Virus record (IMG/VR): IMGVR_UViG_3300011271_000006
Span: 1 to 56,391 of that record
Length of the DNA: 56,391 nucleotides
Direction: 5' to 3' (one strand)
Source of the DNA: a virus
Taxonomy: Duplodnaviria > Caudoviricetes
The number at the start of each line of letters is the position of its first letter. Position 1 is the first letter of the stretch. Position numbers and translations under genes: made by a program. The notes beneath the pieces were generated by a model, which saw nothing but the letters and a program-made list of their open reading frames with translations, made no database searches and was not told where the DNA came from. Positions 1-10,282 of the stretch are shown piece after piece.

Positions 1-123
1 CCGCTGATATAACAGTAGCACCAGCAAATTTTACGCTTCCTGTTGTACAAAGTACATCACTACCAATAGTGCATCCACCTATAGCTAATGATGTTCCGGT
101 AGCAACACCTAATGCAGGAGTAA
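1..123. repeat. Terminal direct repeat, left copy (circularisation overlap)
   Basis: 1-123 (ccgctgatat...gcaggagtaa) is identical to 56269-56391 and lies inside one continuous reading frame. Confidence 0.97.
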
Positions 124-2971
124 TTAATGAGGGATTTGTTTGCATTACTGCAACTGTGCCAGTTCCAGTTAACGTATATTCTCCTAATACACCAGCATTA
201 TCATATAATATGCGTGTAGTTGTACCGCTAGTTATAGCTGTAGTACCGACTACCAAACTAGAGCTACCTCCACCACTACTACCACACGAGAATAGGTCAG
301 TTGATTGAGTATAATTTAAATGATTACCACCAGTATCTATGCAATTAGGAATAACCTTCCATGTTGGTACACCAGCTACATCAACTGGAACTGCGTGAGT
401 TAAAGGTGAACTTGACATATTTGCTAATGGTCCTAATACTATGGGAGCATTATAAGTACCATAATAAAACCCACCATTATATATAAATCCACCTACTGAT
501 AATGTAACATTACTAGAAGTAGTTGCTGTTGTAGATGATGTAATAGGTCCACTTGGACCCGAAATTTGAGAAGTTGAAGAAATTACAGAACCAGGAGGTA
601 TATTAGCTGCAACTATAGCTAAACCACGATAACCAATTGCTCCCATATATTTAGTTGCATATTCGTTAACAGCATCAAAATCAGCTTGGTTTAAAGCAAT
701 AGTATTACTGCCTGCTGTAAAAGTTGCTGATGTAAGACTAAGAACTACACCAGGAAGCCCAAGCAAAGTCGGTCCTGATCCTGTATCTGTTCCATCATTA
801 AGTGCAGCAGCAGGACCAACTAAAGCAAATGGAGGACCGTTATTTTGTGCTACTCCACCACCATCATTTAAAAAGCTTGAGGCATTAGTAGCTAAGAATG
901 CACCTTGATCAAGAGTAACAAAACCTGACAAATATCCAGAAACACCATTTATAGTTAATCCTGATGCAAAAAAGATTTGTGTTTTTTGATCAGATTGAAT
1001 AAAAGCACCTGATGGTTTTGTAAACACTACATTTTTAGCTGATCCTCCATCGCTAGCAATAGTAGTCTTATCAATAGTTATAGTAGTTCCAGTAACATTT
1101 GTAATTTTAGCAAATGGAGGAATACGAGAATAAATTGCTAATCCAATTGGAACAGAAGCATTAGTTACTTGTGTTACAACATCACCAATTGCTAATCCAG
1201 TGTTATTATTAACAATTATAGTAGTAGCAGTAATATTCCATGTTGCAGTTTTAAGATTTTGTGTTTTATTAATTATTATTCCAGTTCCAGCAAAACTAAG
1301 ATTGCTTAAATAACCAGGATTAATATCATTAAAACCTGTAGCATTAGGACCAAAAACAGTATTACTGCCTACAATTAATATATCATTAATGCCAGTTAGT
1401 GTAACCATATCATTACTACTTAAAGAACCATCAAGTGTAACATTTGAAATAGTTAAATGTGCTCCACCAGAAAGAAAAACTGTTCTTTCCGTGGTAGGTT
1501 GAACAACATATAAGGATGGAGTTGTAGTATTACCAGTAAGAATAATTTTAGTTGCGTCACTTTGTCCTGTAAGCGAACCATTAGCATTAATTCCAGTAGT
1601 ATAAGTACCAGCAGCAAATATAAAGGTAACTTGAAATCCATTAAAGTTATAACCTTTAGCCTTTTGCCATGCTCCTGCAAATGTTAGACATGGAGTTATA
1701 TTACTTATGCAATCATTAGAATTGCTACCTGTTGTCGATATATAAAATATTACATTAGAATTTGCTTCAATTATACCTGTATTAACAGTTGAAATTATAT
1801 TTCCAGTACATAATAAACCACTTCCACAAACAATAACTCCTGTCATTCCTCCAATCGATAATACACCAGTAGCAATTGCACTATTTGTATCAGGAGTAGT
1901 TTTAATTATATAATTTAATGAAATAGATGGTTGAATTCGACTAATTGGTGTTGATGGACTTGAGGCATTAACAGCATTATTACTTGCTACTGCACCTGAA
2001 CTATCAATATTATTTACAACAGTATGTGGTGTTCCCGCTCCATCTAAAGTAGCTATTTGATTATATTTTATTGTTAAAGGTGGTATGTTATTAGCAATAA
2101 GTGCTACTTGTTGATTACCACCAATAGCACCTTGTCCTGTAGGATCAATACCAAAATTAGTTGAACTAATTAATCCTCGATCTGTACCGCCCATATTTGG
2201 GCGACCGATAATTACTTGGTCACGAAGATCAGGGACATTGAATGTAGTTGTAGTATTACCATTACCAAATGGAAAAAATACAGCAGAAGAACTTAAAGTT
2301 ACACTTGATGTATTGCTAAGAGTAACTGTTGAAGCTGTTTTGGATAAAACAGTAGTTGTAGGAGTGACACAACTTACTTCAACTCTTGAACCTACTGAAA
2401 CTGAAGTTGTATCAGCAACGCCAGTTAAAATAGCACTTCCAGAAGTACAATTAACATTAAGAGTTTGGGTAATTGCAGTTAATAGATCAGGAAAATTAAC
2501 TCGTATTAATTCTTGACCAGCAGCAAATACATATTGATTAGGAGCAGCTATGCCAGCCCAAGGCTTGATTGTACCAACTAGATCGCCATCCCCTGTTGCT
2601 GGTGTTGATCCTCCTGAACCACCGGGCGCAGTAACAGCGTCCCAAATTATATTTCCATTTCGATCCTTAACAAGTTGCCTATAGGTTCCTTGACCATATA
2701 TACCAGCGTTGCTACCAGAAGGCTTACCACCAGCATCTAGGACAATTGGATTAGTCCAAGGAACAGTTTCTAAACTATCCTTCCAAACAGTCTTTAATGT
2801 TGGAGTAGCAGGAATATAAAATGTAACTGTACCGGCAGAAAGAGGCTTACCATTGTTATCGAAATATTGTTGAAGTGCATTAGGAAGTAATGAGGCTGTT
2901 TGAGCTAAGGCATAATCAATTTGGCAAATAAATAATAACAAATAAAGGAAATATTTAATGTTGGATTTCAT
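1..2971 (-). CDS. Tail fibre/tailspike, 5' part; continues across the junction into 56268..55001 (about 1412 aa in total)
   Basis: ATG at 2971 gives MKSNIKYFLYLLLFICQIDYALAQTASLLPNALQQYFDNNGKPLSAGTVTFYIP..TNPIVLDAGG (P22-type head-binding-like), then a tail-collar motif GTIKPWAG..FNVPDLR. The ORF track reports no stop in this frame and the frame matches the 55001-55984 ORF through the repeat. Confidence 0.88.
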   Translation of the reverse strand, partial: MKSNIKYFLYLLLFICQIDYALAQTASLLPNALQQYFDNNGKPLSAGTVTFYIPATPTLKTVWKDSLETVPWTNPIVLDAGGKPSGSNAGIYGQGTYRQLVKDRNGNIIWDAVTAPGGSGGSTPATGDGDLVGTIKPWAGIAAPNQYVFAAGQELIRVNFPDLLTAITQTLNVNCTSGSAILTGVADTTSVSVGSRVEVSCVTPTTTVLSKTASTVTLSNTSSVTLSSSAVFFPFGNGNTTTTFNVPDLRDQVIIGRPNMGGTDRGLISSTNFGIDPTGQGAIGGNQQVALIANNIPPLTIKYNQIATLDGAGTPHTVVNNIDSSGAVASNNAVNASSPSTPISRIQPSISLNYIIKTTPDTNSAIATGVLSIGGMTGVIVCGSGLLCTGNIISTVNTGIIEANSNVIFYISTTGSNSNDCISNITPCLTFAGAWQKAKGYNFNGFQVTFIFAAGTYTTGINANGSLTGQSDATKIILTGNTTTPSLYVVQPTTERTVFLSGGAHLTISNVTLDGSLSSNDMVTLTGINDILIVGSNTVFGPNATGFNDINPGYLSNLSFAGTGIIINKTQNLKTATWNITATTIIVNNNTGLAIGDVVTQVTNASVPIGLAIYSRIPPFAKITNVTGTTITIDKTTIASDGGSAKNVVFTKPSGAFIQSDQKTQIFFASGLTINGVSGYLSGFVTLDQGAFLATNASSFLNDGGGVAQNNGPPFALVGPAAALNDGTDTGSGPTLLGLPGVVLSLTSATFTAGSNTIALNQADFDAVNEYATKYMGAIGYRGLAIVAANIPPGSVISSTSQISGPSGPITSSTTATTSSNVTLSVGGFIYNGGFYYGTYNAPIVLGPLANMSSSPLTHAVPVDVAGVPTWKVIPNCIDTGGNHLNYTQSTDLFSCGSSGGGSSSLVVGTTAITSGTTTRILYDNAGVLGEYTLTGTGTVAVMQTNPSLITPALGVATGTSLAIGGCTIGSDVLCTTGSVKFAGATVISA

Positions 2972-3188
2972 AATGTTAATCCTAATACTTTATTTCTTAT
3001 ACAAAGCTAAAAATTATATTTGGATGCCTACAATACTTATCCTAATCGCTTATGGTTGGTATAAAATCGAGCCTCTTTACTGGTATGTACGTGTCAAAAT
3101 CAAGGGCCGATTGCTGGTAATGCATACTTTTGAGCACGTTGAAGAAGGGAAGATTTTGGACCTGGAATGTACTGAGATAAAGTCTTAA
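2958..3188 (+). CDS. Possible small membrane protein, antisense to the structural operon
   Basis: Two hydrophobic segments, but it overlaps both neighbours and may be spurious. Confidence 0.25.
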   Translation: MLDFIMLILILYFLYKAKNYIWMPTILILIAYGWYKIEPLYWYVRVKIKGRLLVMHTFEHVEEGKILDLECTEIKS

Positions 3189-5040
3189 TTAATTCATCAC
3201 GATCAGGTCCAGTAGCAGTTAGTAAATCTGTTAATCGTTCATTTCGAGATTTAGCTAATTTAAGTTTTACCATATCAGATAATTTATAACCGCCTTTTAA
3301 TGCTAATACTCCTGCTGTAGCAATGCCAGGAGGACCGCCTTGAGTAGCGGCCATAATTTCCCCTAATGCTGCTGGTAATGCAAGTTGTCCATGTGGTGTA
3401 GGTGTAGGTAAATCAACTCGCTTATCAGACTTCATCCTCATTGCTGTTTGAGAACCTTGAATTAATTTTTGATTAGTATCAGCAATAGATTTTTCATCTT
3501 GTAATTCTTTCATCATTTGATTGACTTCCTTCTTACCAAAAAGAAGTCCTAATTTATCAGCATTAAATTCAATCTCAGGAATATCAGTTCCTTTTTTAGC
3601 AGAAAATCTCATTCCTTTCATTTGCTGTTGAACAGCGATCCTAGCACCTTCCTTAGCTGCTTCTATTTGTTGCTTAGAAGCATTATCAACCCATTCCTTC
3701 CAAAACTCAGACCGATCATCCCATTGACCAGGACGATTACGAGTAATCTGAGCACCTTTAATAAAAGCATCTTCTACTTGTTTTTCATCCCTGAAATTAG
3801 ACAATCCAGGTTTATATTTTCCTCCTGATGCAGCATCAATTGCATTAACAATACCATTACGAACATGCATCAAAGCATATCCAATTTGTCGATCTTGACC
3901 ACTTGAACTATTAGTTAAATCATCAGCTTTTGCTCGCAATGCAGATTGAAATTGATGTAAATCATCAGCATTAGTTCTAACAGATTTGTTATCTGTTAAT
4001 AATTTTCTTGTACTTTCAAGAGCTTTTTGAATTTCAGGATAAGGTAATGGTTGACCAGCAGAAATATTAGACATAATTCCAGGTTTTAATTTATTATCAA
4101 TATCGCTAATAACTCCACTTAAATCTACAGGACCAGAAGCCTTGATAGCAGGATTAATTTCATTCTTACCAACATTTTTAGCAGCTTGCTTAAGCTCGTT
4201 TATCTTTTGAAGTACATTAACAGGAATACCCATTACATCATTATAAATACTTTCAACAGCGCCTTTAGCTGATGTAATACGATCATTGACAAATTCTTCG
4301 AATTTATTTTGATGTTGGCCTTCAGTAGTGATCAACTTTTGCGACATTTGGCGAGTAGCGGGAGAAACATCAGCTAAAGACAATCGAGGATTTTCTTGTA
4401 ATCGTTGAATAACTTGCGGTAAATTTTCAGGTCCAATTGCATCAACAAGTGCAGTAACAGCTTTATTAGATGGTTTAGCTTCACTTACAACTTTAGCAGC
4501 TTTACCAACTGGTAAGCCAAAAGTTGCAATCATTCCTGCGCGTTCACCAGTTTCTTGACTTCCAGTGAGCTTAGTAACAGGTTCCTCAATAGTAGCTTTA
4601 ATAGTTCCTGTTAATGGCGATGTTGCCATTGCCAAAGCGCCTAAACCAATTTTACCAATTCCACTAGCAGGTAGATTTAATCTAATATCTTCTAAACCAC
4701 TGGAAAGTGTTTCGCGTCCTGCTGAATAATTTTCTCCAATTCCTTTTAAAATTTGAGTTGGTAAATTTGTAGCATAATCTACAACATTGCTTAATGGTGT
4801 AGCAGGAGCACCAGAACCTTTGACATTAACTTGACCAGAGGCTTTACGAGCTTCCCATTCAACAGGTGTTGGAATTCTTACAGCTTCCCAAGCCGATGTT
4901 GATGAAACAGGTTCAGGAACAATTTCATTTCCACTGTATTTATTAATTAATCCTTTAACATCAATACCTTTTAATAGATCACTTGATCCATATTTATTAG
5001 TTAAACTTTCAATATCAACATCTTTTAAAGGATCAGCCAC
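3100..5040 (-). CDS. Internal virion / DNA ejection protein
   Basis: 646 aa, helical and Ala/Lys/Gln-rich; third gene of the ejection cluster before the tail fibre, as in P22 gene order. Confidence 0.65.
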   Translation of the reverse strand: MADPLKDVDIESLTNKYGSSDLLKGIDVKGLINKYSGNEIVPEPVSSTSAWEAVRIPTPVEWEARKASGQVNVKGSGAPATPLSNVVDYATNLPTQILKGIGENYSAGRETLSSGLEDIRLNLPASGIGKIGLGALAMATSPLTGTIKATIEEPVTKLTGSQETGERAGMIATFGLPVGKAAKVVSEAKPSNKAVTALVDAIGPENLPQVIQRLQENPRLSLADVSPATRQMSQKLITTEGQHQNKFEEFVNDRITSAKGAVESIYNDVMGIPVNVLQKINELKQAAKNVGKNEINPAIKASGPVDLSGVISDIDNKLKPGIMSNISAGQPLPYPEIQKALESTRKLLTDNKSVRTNADDLHQFQSALRAKADDLTNSSSGQDRQIGYALMHVRNGIVNAIDAASGGKYKPGLSNFRDEKQVEDAFIKGAQITRNRPGQWDDRSEFWKEWVDNASKQQIEAAKEGARIAVQQQMKGMRFSAKKGTDIPEIEFNADKLGLLFGKKEVNQMMKELQDEKSIADTNQKLIQGSQTAMRMKSDKRVDLPTPTPHGQLALPAALGEIMAATQGGPPGIATAGVLALKGGYKLSDMVKLKLAKSRNERLTDLLTATGPDRDELIKTLSQYIPGPKSSLLQRAQKYALPAIGP

Positions 5041-5041
5041 G

Positions 5042-6406
5042 TTAATGCATACCTTGTTTCTGCATTATATCAAGTGTTTTAATAAATTTAATAGCAACTT
5101 TATTACCAGTCTTAGCTTTTTCTAATTGCTCATTAAATATTTTTGTCTGTTGATTTTCTGGCAAGAAATCAAACATAGCAGCGTCTAAACTCATTTTTTG
5201 TGGGAAACTAGATTTATGTGCTCCATATTTAGAATAATCATTTCCTTCAAAAGCTCCCGGCCTCGCTGCTTCAATTCGATCTTGTGCTATAGTAGTTTGA
5301 GTTAATTTAACCAAAGCGGGAAGAATTTGTGTTCTAAGATTTGGATTAGACATTTCTTTAGATGCTAATTCAGCATCAGAACGGCTACCATTTCTTGAAA
5401 CATATTGTTCAAGATATTTATTAACTTCTTGATAAGCTACAGTAGGATCAGCAGCCTTGTCAGATACAACACCTATATTTCGTAATAGCGCTATTCCTTT
5501 ATTCCATGCTTCAGTACCAGGACCAGAAGCAACAAGAGAAGGCATTAACTTTAAAGCTTGTAATGCTGGTGTAACAGCAGTCATTTTAGAAGTAGCTAAA
5601 TTTTGATCTTCAACAAATTGCTTTTTACCTTCCTCAAATAATGGTGGCATTCCGGTAATTGGTCCTCTTGGCATAGGCGGATTACCATATGCTGCACCAA
5701 AACGACTATCTAATGAAGCAGGAGGTTCAACAGGTAATGTTTGAACAGGTGTTCTAGTTGGAGGCATGACAGGAGCAGGGGCAGCCGTAGGCGCGATATT
5801 TCCTACCGGCGGTAGTGTACCTACCGGAAGCGATCTTGCGCCTACTGGTGGCGGTCCTGAGACGCTTCCAGGGGCAAGCTGTGGAGGTTGAGCACCTAAC
5901 ATTTGAGGTTGCCCCGTAGGTCCGACAGTTGGCGTTGTCGGCGGCGGTTGAACCTGAATAGGTGCGCCAGTAGCTCGCATACCAAATTTAGGACTTGTAA
6001 CAGTTGGTGTTATTGTTTGACCTGTATCAACTGCTCCCGGAGTACCGTAATGAAAATTAATCGCTTCTTGTGTTGTTTGTAATCGGGTTCTTATATTCTG
6101 CATAAATGCAGGAATTTGTCTTGGATCAGTAGGAATTTGACTTACAAAATTAGCATACATTTCAGGCTTAACAAAACGCATCTTAACTGCATTTTGAGCT
6201 ATTTTATCTAGTTGTTGGGGTGTTGCATTATCACCAGCAGCAGCTAATTCACGAATTAAATAGCTATAACCTTGATTAACAAGGTCTAATTGTTTTTGTT
6301 CAATACCTAAAGATTGAGACTTTAAAGCACCTAATTCACCCGCTGTTTCCAGTACAGATTTACCCTGATTAGGACGAGGATAGCTAGAGGTATCAATTTC
6401 TGGCAT
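5042..6406 (-). CDS. Internal virion / DNA ejection protein (gp20-like position)
   Basis: 454 aa with a Pro-rich central linker; follows the gp7-like gene. Confidence 0.6.
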   Translation of the reverse strand: MPEIDTSSYPRPNQGKSVLETAGELGALKSQSLGIEQKQLDLVNQGYSYLIRELAAAGDNATPQQLDKIAQNAVKMRFVKPEMYANFVSQIPTDPRQIPAFMQNIRTRLQTTQEAINFHYGTPGAVDTGQTITPTVTSPKFGMRATGAPIQVQPPPTTPTVGPTGQPQMLGAQPPQLAPGSVSGPPPVGARSLPVGTLPPVGNIAPTAAPAPVMPPTRTPVQTLPVEPPASLDSRFGAAYGNPPMPRGPITGMPPLFEEGKKQFVEDQNLATSKMTAVTPALQALKLMPSLVASGPGTEAWNKGIALLRNIGVVSDKAADPTVAYQEVNKYLEQYVSRNGSRSDAELASKEMSNPNLRTQILPALVKLTQTTIAQDRIEAARPGAFEGNDYSKYGAHKSSFPQKMSLDAAMFDFLPENQQTKIFNEQLEKAKTGNKVAIKFIKTLDIMQKQGMH

Positions 6407-6415
6407 TATATCTTA

Positions 6416-6616
6416 CTATTTAATAGTTAATGTTGATGTTAATAATTGATATTTATACTTTTTCTTATTGCACCATTGATATAAATAATCTATTGTTTTT
6501 CCTATTGTCCATTCTAATACAGGAGCAGAATTAGTTATTTTTCTAGTATTGTTATCCCAAATAACACCAGCTACATAATAAGGTGTAGTTATTTGTGATA
6601 AATTAAAAAGCATCAC
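6416..6616 (-). CDS. Hypothetical protein
   Basis: 66 aa; ATGA overlap with the upstream gene. Confidence 0.6.
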   Translation of the reverse strand: MMLFNLSQITTPYYVAGVIWDNNTRKITNSAPVLEWTIGKTIDYLYQWCNKKKYKYQLLTSTLTIK

Positions 6617-7392
6617 GCAGCTTCTTCATACAAAGCAGTAGGCAAAGGTGAACCACCAGGACCAAAAACCATTCTTGAATTATTCACATTACCTGGATTA
6701 TTGCTAGAATTATCATACAATCCTTTGTAGGCATAATAACCACCAACATCACTAGCTAGTTTAGAAAATGCTCCGCCTGTAGCATTGATAGCCGCTGCTC
6801 GTGCATTACCAGCACCAATAGCTGCTCCACCAGCTTGACTACCAGCCGTTACTACTGGTCCTGCTGTTCCTGTTCCTACTGCTCCACCTTGTACCGTAGC
6901 TGTTTGACCACCGCTTACTAAAGCCTGTAAACGATTAAATGCATTTGAACGATTAATATTTTCAAGATTAAATTGTGTTTGATAGGTTTGATCGGCTAAA
7001 CCAGTAGCAAAAGTTGCTGCACCTTTTAATGCTGCTCCTGAAACTCCTAATCCTCTAGCTGCTGCTGAATTCTGTACAGCTTTCAAACCTTGTGTTTTAG
7101 TGAACTGATAACCAGGAGTTTGTTCTAATGCATTTTGATCCATTACAATAGGAGAAGTCAAATAATCAAGTCTACTAGATAAATCATTCGCTGCTTTTGT
7201 TCCTAATTCTCGATATGGAGCTAAATCACTATATGTTGTGTTATAAACTCCCTTAGCATAACTCGCACTATCTTTTGCAATACCAGCGGCGATATTAGCT
7301 GCTTCTGTTTGAGCATTAGCAGCTTTATTAGCTGAATAAGCTGTCGCTGCTGCACCAACAGCACCAGCACCAATAATTGCTACTGCAACCAT
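6613..7392 (-). CDS. DNA ejection protein, P22 gp7-like
   Basis: Gly/Ala-rich N-terminus and the motif LEQTPGYQF..QG..AVQNSAAARG...SGAALK. Confidence 0.8.
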   Translation of the reverse strand: MVAVAIIGAGAVGAAATAYSANKAANAQTEAANIAAGIAKDSASYAKGVYNTTYSDLAPYRELGTKAANDLSSRLDYLTSPIVMDQNALEQTPGYQFTKTQGLKAVQNSAAARGLGVSGAALKGAATFATGLADQTYQTQFNLENINRSNAFNRLQALVSGGQTATVQGGAVGTGTAGPVVTAGSQAGGAAIGAGNARAAAINATGGAFSKLASDVGGYYAYKGLYDNSSNNPGNVNNSRMVFGPGGSPLPTALYEEAA

Positions 7393-7424
7393 TTATTTTA
7401 CCTAGTCAAAAACTTGACCATCTT

Positions 7425-7895
7425 TTAAAACCAATATATATAATGTATCTCAAATAATTCAAATCCATTATCTTTTAATAATTTCTCGAAATGATTGCCT
7501 CTAGCAGCTTTTCGCCCCATTGTCCAACAACGAATTCCTAAACGTTTAGCCTCTTTTTTGATAGCATCAATAAGCAATTGACCACCACGAACACCACCAT
7601 CAAACTTCCCACGATATTGAGGAAGTACATAAAACAAATCTAAACTCAATAACCAAACTCTATAGTGTAAGGAATTAACCAAAAATCCAGAAAAATAACC
7701 AATGAGTTTTCCACCATAACGCAAAGAAATATATAAAAGTTTACCATCATTTTCTAACTTCCTATATTGATTATAATCAGGATCAAGAGGTATTTTATGT
7801 TTTATATGCTCAGAAAGCTCCTTAGCATGAATTTCAAATATAGGTTTCAATTCATCAATACAATTACAAAACTTTTCAATATGAGTAGTAAACAT
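7425..7895 (-). CDS. GNAT-fold acetyltransferase-like protein
   Basis: LIGYF, DLFYVLPQYRG...G.LL....EAKRLG acyl-CoA-binding pattern. Confidence 0.7.
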   Translation of the reverse strand: MFTTHIEKFCNCIDELKPIFEIHAKELSEHIKHKIPLDPDYNQYRKLENDGKLLYISLRYGGKLIGYFSGFLVNSLHYRVWLLSLDLFYVLPQYRGKFDGGVRGGQLLIDAIKKEAKRLGIRCWTMGRKAARGNHFEKLLKDNGFELFEIHYIYWF

Positions 7896-8437
7896 TAATC
7901 ACAGCGCAAATCAACAATACAAACAATTCTATCATCAACAGAATTATTAATTACAGAATGTTCAACTCTATTATCTATCCACCAAATCTCACCAGTTCTA
8001 AAACTAACTTCTTCATCCCCAATCTTGAAAATATTTCCAGGTAAGCATTGTAAAGCAATTTGATATCGTTCGAAATAAGTTGCTGGTGCACCACCATCGA
8101 CATGGGGAGTAATTATTTTACCAGGAGGGAGCTTAGTAATAATAACGCGGCCGAGCCTATGTGCTTCAACTTGCCTCATAAGCGCAAAAACGATCGGACG
8201 CAAGGTTGAAAGCTTATACCATGCTTGATAAGGAATTACATCTTTATCATTAATTATATCTTCATTGAGAGTTTGTAGTTCATTAAAGAAAATCCAAATA
8301 TCAGAAACTTCATCATGTGCAGTACCAGCATGTTTTGTTCGTAATTGATATTCATCCCACAAATCAGATTGATGTTGAATTTGATGTAACAAAGGAATTA
8401 CATCAACATTATTTGCGAGAAGTTGAAAATTCTTCAT
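7895..8437 (-). CDS. Aspartyl/asparaginyl beta-hydroxylase family 2OG-Fe(II) oxygenase
   Basis: LPPG..ITPHVD (HxD), GEIWWIDN...HSVIN....RI..IVD. Confidence 0.85.
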   Translation of the reverse strand: MKNFQLLANNVDVIPLLHQIQHQSDLWDEYQLRTKHAGTAHDEVSDIWIFFNELQTLNEDIINDKDVIPYQAWYKLSTLRPIVFALMRQVEAHRLGRVIITKLPPGKIITPHVDGGAPATYFERYQIALQCLPGNIFKIGDEEVSFRTGEIWWIDNRVEHSVINNSVDDRIVCIVDLRCD

Positions 8438-8775
8438 TTAATTACCGCTCCATAAACAGGAATAAACTTCACTGTTGGTAATCCTGTATATGTAATTTTG
8501 ATAATATCATCTATTGAAACTGGAATTAATTTAACACCAGTTACATCAATGCTTACACTACCACGAGTTAAAGTGATTGCTGATACTACACCACCAGCAA
8601 TCGAAACATATCCAGGTTCTTTAGCTGTATATGAAAATGGTGAAACTCCTACAATAATAGCTAAAAATTTAGGTGGAGCTTGGGTAAATTGTTGAAGATA
8701 GCTATTCCAAGGTGAAACAATTGTTCCAGTTACTTTATTAACAAAAGGTGAAGATTGATTAGGTAAGGGTTGCAT
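8434..8775 (-). CDS. Putative virion protein
   Basis: 113 aa, beta-rich, coupled to the gp10-like gene. Confidence 0.55.
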   Translation of the reverse strand: MQPLPNQSSPFVNKVTGTIVSPWNSYLQQFTQAPPKFLAIIVGVSPFSYTAKEPGYVSIAGGVVSAITLTRGSVSIDVTGVKLIPVSIDDIIKITYTGLPTVKFIPVYGAVIK

Positions 8776-10232
8776 TAGGAACGTGCCTTTACAGCATCAA
8801 TAAATCCACCATTCAATGCTGTCTTGATAGCTCCCGACCATTGTAGCCTGAATATACGATCGCGCGCCATTCCTAGCCTATTCCAAGATACAATAGTCAA
8901 AAATTCGCCTCCTTTCCCCATGCTTTGATCAATAGGAAAGCCAAAAGTTATTCCTCTATCATCGGACCAGCTAAGCGACATGACAGGAGGATTAAGTGCA
9001 CTAGCAGGATCATTTGTACCTACTTCAACATCAGCGTCAAAATGTTTATATATTACTCTGTCTAAATCCTCAACCAAATGAGCAAAAGTCTTGATACGAG
9101 GAATTGGTACAGTATCATCAGTATATAAATCACTATCTAGTTCATAAATTTTACCATTCTCAAAATCACCAACATAAAGATTTTCATTAAAATACATACA
9201 GCAATTAGAACGATGTCTATTTAATATTCCTGTATTCTGATTAAACCAATTCCATTCATTCCATTGTTTTGTTTTCAATTCATAAAGCCAAGTCTTATTA
9301 GCTTGTGGAAAAACAATACAATAAAATGCATGATCATCAATTTGAAAACAAAAACCTATAGCATCATTTACTATCGTATATTTTGAAAATTCTGCAACAA
9401 GAAATGGAGTAGATATTTCATTTACTTGATAATTAGAACCTGCAACAACAATACATTTACCTTGTTTATCTTGCATCAACCAAAAAGCAATAATATCTTG
9501 ATTTGCAGCAGAATAAGCAGCAATACAACCATGCTCAATATAAGCACCTTGAACAAGCTGAAAATAAAAATCTGCCGCTCCTGTCCCTATCCAAACTTCA
9601 GTAGTTAATTGACCAATTAACCAAAGTTCTTTATGATCTGTAATTATCGCTACAATAGGATCAGCAGAACCACTCTTAGCCGCTATGTCAAGAGGATCAA
9701 ACGAAGTACCAGCAGTTAATAGCGTATAACTTACTTGAGATAATGAAATATAAAATTGATTAGTACCGGGGCGATTAAATATAAAAAATGTATCAAGGAA
9801 AACAACAAACGCTGCACCAAAAAATGAAGGATCAATAATAGGACCAAAAACATTACTTACCATATTAATAGCCCAACCGCTTGTACCATCAACAAGTACA
9901 ACAGCTAGACCATTATCAGCCATTATGACTTGGCTTTGTCTATCAGGTATAGTTCCTATAAATGATAATGCTCCATTAACAGCTACAGCATATAAATTCG
10001 GGCCTATGACAGTATAAGCAGTACCCAAACTTGTTCGATATAAACAACGCACTTTTCCATTTGCCATTTGATTAGCAAATGTAAGAGTACCAGGAGTTAA
10101 ATAATATGTTGAAGGTGAAGGTGCTTGAGCATCATCAGAATTCATTTCTTCATAAAGATTGATAGTTTTCATTGCGCCAGCAATGACGCTTCGCTCCTGA
10201 TAGGCTCGACCTGATAATGGTATTCGAGGCAT
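8775..10232 (-). CDS. Packaged DNA stabilisation / tail hub protein, P22 gp10-like
   Basis: 485 aa beta-propeller-like; C-terminal SWSDDRG.TF...MG..GE....V.WNRLG.ARDRIFRL. Confidence 0.85.
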   Translation of the reverse strand: MPRIPLSGRAYQERSVIAGAMKTINLYEEMNSDDAQAPSPSTYYLTPGTLTFANQMANGKVRCLYRTSLGTAYTVIGPNLYAVAVNGALSFIGTIPDRQSQVIMADNGLAVVLVDGTSGWAINMVSNVFGPIIDPSFFGAAFVVFLDTFFIFNRPGTNQFYISLSQVSYTLLTAGTSFDPLDIAAKSGSADPIVAIITDHKELWLIGQLTTEVWIGTGAADFYFQLVQGAYIEHGCIAAYSAANQDIIAFWLMQDKQGKCIVVAGSNYQVNEISTPFLVAEFSKYTIVNDAIGFCFQIDDHAFYCIVFPQANKTWLYELKTKQWNEWNWFNQNTGILNRHRSNCCMYFNENLYVGDFENGKIYELDSDLYTDDTVPIPRIKTFAHLVEDLDRVIYKHFDADVEVGTNDPASALNPPVMSLSWSDDRGITFGFPIDQSMGKGGEFLTIVSWNRLGMARDRIFRLQWSGAIKTALNGGFIDAVKARS

Positions 10233-10282
10233 TAAACAATACGCCTCCTAAAATTACCAGGAATGAGTAATTTATCCATAGC

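Noticed and set aside
69-2516. ORF-track entries 69-308, 1453-1680 and 2238-2516
   Set aside because: They are antisense or out-of-frame shadows of the tail fibre gene
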